Part shown: positions 60,601 through 64,000 of the stretch, piece by piece
Numbering within the stretch: position 1 is the stretch's first letter
Layout of the letters: the number at the start of each line of letters is the position of its first letter
Assembly: GCF_032191835.1 (NCBI RefSeq)
Contig: NC_083237.1
Location: 17,360,001 to 17,424,000 of the forward strand
DNA from: Heteronotia binoei
Taxonomy: Eukaryota
Reading direction: 5' to 3'
DNA length: 64,000 nt
Notes under the pieces: model-generated
Database searches by the model: none
Told to the model about the DNA's origin: nothing
Seen by the model: only the letters and a program-made list of their open reading frames with translations
Made by a program: the position numbers and the translations under genes

Positions 60601-61467
60601 AAATGCCCTGTGTGAAACAATGTTGCTGTTGCAAACTACTTCATTTCCAGCAGCAGTGCATAGGGCAGCCTCCATGCGGAAACACCCTACAACAGCTACA
60701 GGAATTATCTATACATTTAAGCTAGTTTCATGGACAGCGCCTGTCCCAACACCGGATTCAATCCATTTTTTGTGAAGCTGCCAAGAGTTATTTAAACTTC
60801 CCCAGTCTTTCAGAAAAGAATAGTCCAAAGGTTAACTGGTTTGCTAACTGCCGTACACTCAGGACGTGTATATCTGGCTGCTGCACAATCAACACAACAC
60901 TTTGAGAGAGAGAGAAAGAGACAGACAGACAGAGACAGAGAATTCAACATTTCATTGCTGTTTTGTGTGATTGGTCCTATATCCTCTTTGATTTGCTCAG
61001 CCAGAGACTCCTAGGGGTTAAGATGCCATCATAAAGTCAAAGGCAAAGCTATTGGATAGGCTCTTTGCAGTGCCCAGGGGTCACGTGACAGGACTCATTT
61101 CCTCTTTTGCTCTCCCTTTCATTTCCCATAGTGAAACCGAGGACTTTGCTCTAAGCCAACCAGCGTGAGGAACTCCAGAAATTCCAGCGGAGTCATTCTC
61201 TTGAGCTGAGCCAGCCAGGAAAGCAGGAGGAGACGGGAGTCAAGATTCCTGGGTTCTTGGACTGGAAATACGGTTGGCTGAGCTGTCAACTATGAATTAG
61301 AGATTCCTGAGCCACAAGACTTGTTGGAGAAGAAAATCAGGTCTGATGAGCTGTCAGTGGAGGGAGCATAAAGCAGATTCCTGACTCCTGTCGCTTCTGC
61401 ATCCTGCTCAGCAGAACTTTTTTTATTTTTTGTAGCAGGATCTCCTTTGCATATTTAGGCCACACAC
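54689..61467 (+). repeat. Single NAT module d
   Basis: Collinear with modules a-c; bounded by CACACAC at 54689 and at 61461-61467. Confidence 0.95.
55375..56187 (+). CDS. NAT: Arylamine N-acetyltransferase (NAT family), copy d, open 270 aa, possibly degenerating
   Basis: The true ATG is at 55375, inside ORF-track 55240..56187. Triad intact. It shares a-type residues (Q13, H91, P95, M104, H105, E167, D270) and has private L8F, R25P, S38R and T50P. Confidence 0.92.
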   Translation: MDVSQYLFRIGYQGPAQPSLETLRPLHRCHLLSVPFGRLSIHCGEPISLPLPLLYDKIVRCHRDGFCYELNGLFLWLLQTLGFDTKAVSGHVRNPFTGHYGPPMHHMVILVQLDGRSFLCDVGFGEAFLEPLELKPDSEQVQDGGIFWLGNKGGVWVLERREVPGKEGRPLYQFTLEEKKLEDFADMCLYHQTSPSSIFPCKSFCSLHQEDGGRLTYMGWRLISTMGEKRTETPLQSSEIPAVLREKFGIQLERDFEPKDEKIMPPPEED

Positions 61468-64000
61468 GTAAGGCTTGCTGAAGCATTAGTTATAGTAAGG
61501 CTTGCTGAAGTATTAGTTATGGTAAGGCTTGCTGAAACATTAGATATAATAAGGCTTGCTGAAGCATTAGTTATGGTAAGGCTTGCTAAAGTATTAGTTA
61601 TGGTAAGGCTTGCTGAAGTATAGATTAAGTACTATTGTTTGGAGTATCTTGCTAGGACTGCTCGCCACACAGAGGTTCTACTAACTATTAAGGTTTTATT
61701 TGTACTATTATATCTCCTCCTAATTGCTGGTGTTTCATTTGTATTGGTAATAAAACTTGTTTATTAAAAAGAACATAGACTTGGGTTTATTCTTGAGGCG
61801 CTGAATCCATGGGTCTTCCAGAGAGCCCACCGCGCAAGAGAGACGCTGGGCAGATTTGCTCCTACCATCACTGAGTGCCCATCCGAGGAAGAGATGAAGG
61901 TCTCCATAGAGTAAGACTTAAAAAAAAAAAGGTAAAGGTGCAAGCAGCAGTCATTTCCAACTCTGGGGTGATGGCGCATCACGATGTTTTCACGGCAGAC
62001 TGTTTTACGGGGTGGTTTGCCACTGCCTTCCCGAGTCATCGGCACTTCCCCCCCAGAAAGTGGGGTACTCATTCAGCCGACCTCGGAAGGATGGAAGGCT
62101 GAGTCAACCTGGAGCCAGCTACCTGAACCCAGCTTTGCCGGGATCGAACTCAGGTCCTGAGCAGAGCCTGGACTGCAATACTGCAGCTTTACCACTCTGC
62201 GCCACGGGGCTCCTTGAGGATGACTAGATAGCATCGTATTTTATTTCTTTTATTTACTTCATCTCTATCCCACCTCACACCCCAATAGGGAGCCAAAGTG
62301 CAGGCCATCCTCCATTCTATCCTCACAACAACCTTGGTGAGGCTGAGAGTGGTGCCGGGCTTAAGGCCACCAGGAGGCTTCCATGGCAGGAATGGGGATT
62401 CAAACCCCAGGTCTTCCCAGGTCCTAGTCCAATACTCTTAACTAGTGCATCATGCTGGCTCATATCTAACTCGCAGCCAGCCATGCCTGGAGCTCCTCTA
62501 AACACAGCCATATCCAAAGAGGATAAGTTGGGCATTTGCCCAAAGGCCAAGGGTGCCCTCCCCAACAACCTCCCCGAGGGTGGGAAGGAGTCTAGCAAGC
62601 CCTGGCTCTTTCTGGTGTAGAGGAGCCCAGGGCCTTTGAAGGCAGACCGCAGCCCCCTGTGCTGTTCCTTGGTGGCAGTGGGACATCCCTGAAAGAAGAA
62701 GAATAGCAGATTTATTCCCCGCCCTTCTCCCTGAATCAGAGACTCTAGATGGGGCCTGGAGATCTCTCAGGATTACAACTGAACTCCAGACCATGGAAGA
62801 GTCAAGTTTCAGCTTTCGTGTGCTAGAAGCTCACGTCATCAGACAATAGTATATAATGGCAAGCAGTCCTAATTACAGAGAAAGTGGGCAGTGAGTTCAT
62901 ATGCAGAGTCATGGGGATGTTATTTAGCAGATTTAAAGAATCACAAGTTGGGGTCTGGTGTTTATCAGTTAGTGTCTGATGAAGTGTGCTTAGAGCACAT
63001 GAAAGCATACATTCTGAATAAAACTTTGTGGGTCTTAAAGGTGCAAAATTGACTCTTGCTTTGTTCTACTGCTTCAGACCAACCTGGATCTATCCAGACC
63101 ATGGAGATCACTTCACCTGCAGAAAATGCCTGCTTTGGAGGGTTTATGTCTTTCCACAGTTTTATGGCATTATATACTGTCCCTCCACAGGCTCCACCCA
63201 CAAATCTCCAGGCATTTCTCAGCCTGGAGTTGTCAAGCCTACCACCCCTGGACTGGGTTGTCTTTTTGGGTCTGAGACTTGTGTTTCAGTGGACGGATGA
63301 AACCTGGAGGGGGCCAGCTCTGGCACACGCTCATTGGCTTCTTTTAAGATGTCTCTGCATGTCTGCTTGCAGGGTTGGCCTTGGAAATTCTAGACTCACA
63401 CAGTGAATTCTCAGCCGATGCAGGGTGTTAGTCTCAGAGTTGGTCCGGTCCTAAGAACATAAGAGAAGCCATGTTGGATCAGGCCAATGGCCCATCCAGT
63501 CCAACACTCTGTATCACACAGTGGCCAAAAATTTAGACACATACATATACATACACACTGTGCCTGAAAGCCACTGATGGACATCTGCTCCATATTTTTA
63601 TCTAAACCCCTCTTGAAGCTGGCTATGCTTGTAGCTGCCACCACCTCCTGTGGCAGTGCATTCCACATGTTAATCACCCTTTGGGTGAAGAAGTACCTCC
63701 TTTTATCTGTTCTAACCCGACTGCTCAGCAATTTCATTGAATGCCCACGAGTTCTTGTATTGTGAGAAAGGGAGAAAAGTACTTCTTTCTCTACCTTCTC
63801 CATCCCATGCATAATCTTGTAAACCTCTATCATGTCACCCCGCAGTTGACGTTTCTTCAAGCTAAAGAGCCTCAAGCGTTTTAACCTTTCTTCCTAGGGA
63901 AAGTGTTCCAAACCTGTAATCATTCTAGTTGCCCTTTTCTGCACTTTTTCCAGTGCTATAATATCCTTTTAATATATTATCCTATATATAATATATATTC
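61468..64000. repeat. Segmental duplication block X, copy 3 (truncated by window end)
   Basis: Same left junction as 39334; aligns with 39334-41866 and with 1-1301. Confidence 0.96.

Overview
Eukaryotic genomic DNA from a squamate reptile, probably a gecko. This is inferred from the repeat complement: CR1, L1 and Penelope retroelements, Sauria-type and other tRNA-derived SINEs, hAT MITEs with 8-bp TSDs, and a solo LTR. The whole window is a two-level tandem amplification. A large unit recurs at offsets +40,566 and +62,699 and has two parts. The first is a block X of about 15-17 kb (<1-15737, 39334-54688, 61468->64000). The second is one to three head-to-tail modules of 6.7-8.4 kb (a 15738-22471, b 22472-30906, c 30907-39333, d 54689-61467), each carrying one single-exon arylamine N-acetyltransferase (NAT) coding sequence. 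NAT-b, -c and -d are open 270-aa frames with the Cys67-His106-Asp121 triad; NAT-a has a nonsense codon (E162*). All four carry non-canonical versions of two family motifs (PFENL->PFGSL/PFGRL, RGGxC->RDGFC). Block X appears to hide an unannotated multi-exon gene for an acidic low-complexity protein, built from phase-compatible GT-AG exons conserved in both copies. The two components are interlocked as circular permutations. X interrupts a palindromic MITE between the putative NAT promoter and the NAT coding exon, with a 7-bp CACACAC duplication and a single hAT-type terminus. The NAT modules in turn interrupt a 27-bp minisatellite between the X-gene stop codon and its likely poly(A) signal. Modules b and d look like complementary unequal-crossover chimeras of a and c. 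Everything was read by eye, with no database searches, so repeat family names are from recognition only.
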